Below, in pieces: positions 48,379-50,122 of a stretch of DNA of 50,122 nucleotides. The stretch covers positions 1-50,122 of the forward strand of contig CAVNZM010000032.1 in NCBI GenBank assembly GCA_963693365.1, given 5' to 3'. This DNA is from Amoebidium appalachense. Its lineage: Eukaryota > Protista > Ichthyosporea. Within the stretch, counting starts at the first letter, position 1; each line of letters opens with the position of its first letter. A program made the position numbers and the translations under genes. The notes under the pieces are model-generated. The model was not told the origin of the DNA, did not search any database, and saw nothing but the letters and a program-made list of their open reading frames with translations.

Positions 48379-50122
48379 ATGGCGGGCGAATTTGACGACT
48401 ACCCTGTACTCTCGGACAATGAAAGCAAACTGACACGTGACACCAAGAAGCCTACCGCAGTCAAACCGCCGCCCCCAACGCAGAAGAAAGCCAAGACTCC
48501 GGGGCAGGGCACGAAAACACTCCCCACCCCTCCCCCTACACAGCCTCGTGCTCCCCAGAAACCGAACACGATCACAAAACCCAACACACACACGAACACA
48601 AAGGCAACTACGAAGCCCACTGGCAACGAACAAACGAAGCCCAACGAAAGCACGAAACCCAAAGACAAAACGAAGCGCAACGAACACACGAAAACCAACG
48701 AACATACGAACACCAACGAACACACGAACACCAACAAACACACGAACGAACTTCAAGTAGCAACGAAGGAAAAAACGAAACAAGACCGGGACACTGCCAC
48801 AGCTCTGGCAGAGGTGCGGGGCCGTGTTCTCTCCAAGTTCTATCGTATTGAAACTCTGAGACGTGCCATTCAAACTGCAATCGATGCTGGGCGGCCTGTG
48901 ATGGACCTCGAAGCTGATGTCGCGCAGATTTACAGTGAGATTTCGCAGATGGAAGACACCACACTGTCTAGAATGTTGTGCACGTCCGCGAAATGGTCTG
49001 AGTTGGAGCGGGAAGCACAGTTGGTGGCTGAGGCACGTGTGAAAAATACGACGGTGCCCACCACCCCCCGTCCTCCCCCACCCACCACAGGCAAGAAGCC
49101 TTTGTCCCCGGTCCCATCTGGGTGCACTGATCCCAAGGTAATTGCACCTCCCGCACCCCCCACTAAATTTACATATAAGGATGTGCTTGCGCGCACACTC
49201 AGCTACACTGATTCTGATGCTGAAAATGAAGAAAAACACGAACAAAGTTACGAAGACACACCCACAAACGAAAACGAACACATGACTGCGAAAGTGCATG
49301 AAGAAGATCACTTCGACCAGCCTAAAGCACCCGTATTTAACGAAATCCCCCTTGCAGGATCCCCTCTGGCGTCTGCAGGTGGACTGGCAGGCACGCCAAG
49401 AGTCGCCCGAGAGGCTCTGATGTCAGCACAGGCTCAGGAGGTAAGGCTGGGTCTATATTGAACAAGCACTTTGCAGAGCACGAAAAACTGTGGTTGCACC
49501 CTCTCCGCCAGTTGCATGCATCCGAATACGGCCCCATCTTGGCTGCATTGAAACTACCAGAATACAAGGGTGACTTGCAGGATAAATGCACGGTGATTGA
49601 ATGGCTGCACGAATTTTCCCAGCAGATGTTTTGCATTGCAGGGGTCCCCCCCACACTTGCTGTTCGCTGGGCGGTGCAGTGCTTTCCTCTTGCTTCCCCC
49701 GCCCGTGTGTGGTACACGAATTTTACCAGGACACAGGGAGAACTCACGTTTGATGCATTTGCACATGCACTAGTTACGAAATTTCACGACCAGCGTGTGC
49801 AAGAGGCACTCAGTGCCGAATTAAATGCACTCAAACAAGGCAAGCAAAAGGTGGCCGAATTTGCAAGCAGGCATGCGTGTTTGTGGGCACGTGTGTACCC
49901 CCTTAAGTCTGAGGCACACCAAATTTTGGATTTGTCTCACCGATTGGGTGGGGAAGACGAACAAGAATTTCGCAAATATCAACTCAGACAAACACGAAAA
50001 GAAGAAGAATTGACCCTGTCTGGAGTTGTTGCCTATCTCGCAGAAAAAGAAAGAGACAGGCACACACGAACCCCATCCACCATTCTAACACAGAAACCCC
50101 CCCACAAAACAGCAACCCGGTG
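48379..50122 (+). pseudogene. gag: Frameshifted retrotransposon Gag
   Basis: 360-aa low-complexity N-terminal ORF with TNEHTN repeats. Shifted frames then give LKLPEYKGD..VIEWL and ARVWY..LTFDAFAHALVTKF..ELNALKQGKQKVAEF, open to the window end. Confidence 0.75.

Larger units (their letters stand above)
47717..50122 (+). mobile_element. Ty3/gypsy-like LTR retrotransposon (5' part; continues beyond the window)
   Basis: LTR, PBS, then a gag-like reading frame. Confidence 0.85.

Overview
Most of this window (about 530-47716) is a gene-dense, GC-rich segment of a large DNA virus genome (Nucleocytoviricota) with no clear introns. Marker genes include an A32-like packaging ATPase, a VLTF2-like late transcription factor, PCNA, two SF3/D5-like helicases, a CE-clan (Ulp1-like) protease, a P11-like minor capsid candidate, a divergent fused H2B-H2A histone doublet, a minimal DNA ligase, a PL14 lyase, KilA-N and Bro-like regulators, C2H2 zinc-finger proteins and a C5 DNA methyltransferase. 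At the right end a Ty3/gypsy-type LTR retrotransposon (LTR 47717-48326, PBS, gag) has inserted into a viral Fic gene. This suggests the viral DNA is a giant endogenous viral element in a eukaryotic nuclear genome, possibly algal. The most unusual items are: (1) a roughly 1500-aa viral protein with an intact IS630/Tc1 DD38E transposase core embedded in frame; (2) a symmetric locus of repeat array, J-domain-like gene, duplicated CCAAT/E2F promoter, paralog and palindromic repeat array; (3) an ADP-ribosyltransferase, patatin and Fic cluster; (4) a C5 methyltransferase convergent with a Z1-type SF2 helicase; (5) an iteron-like origin candidate next to an SF3 helicase. All calls come from reading motifs by eye; no database searches were run.
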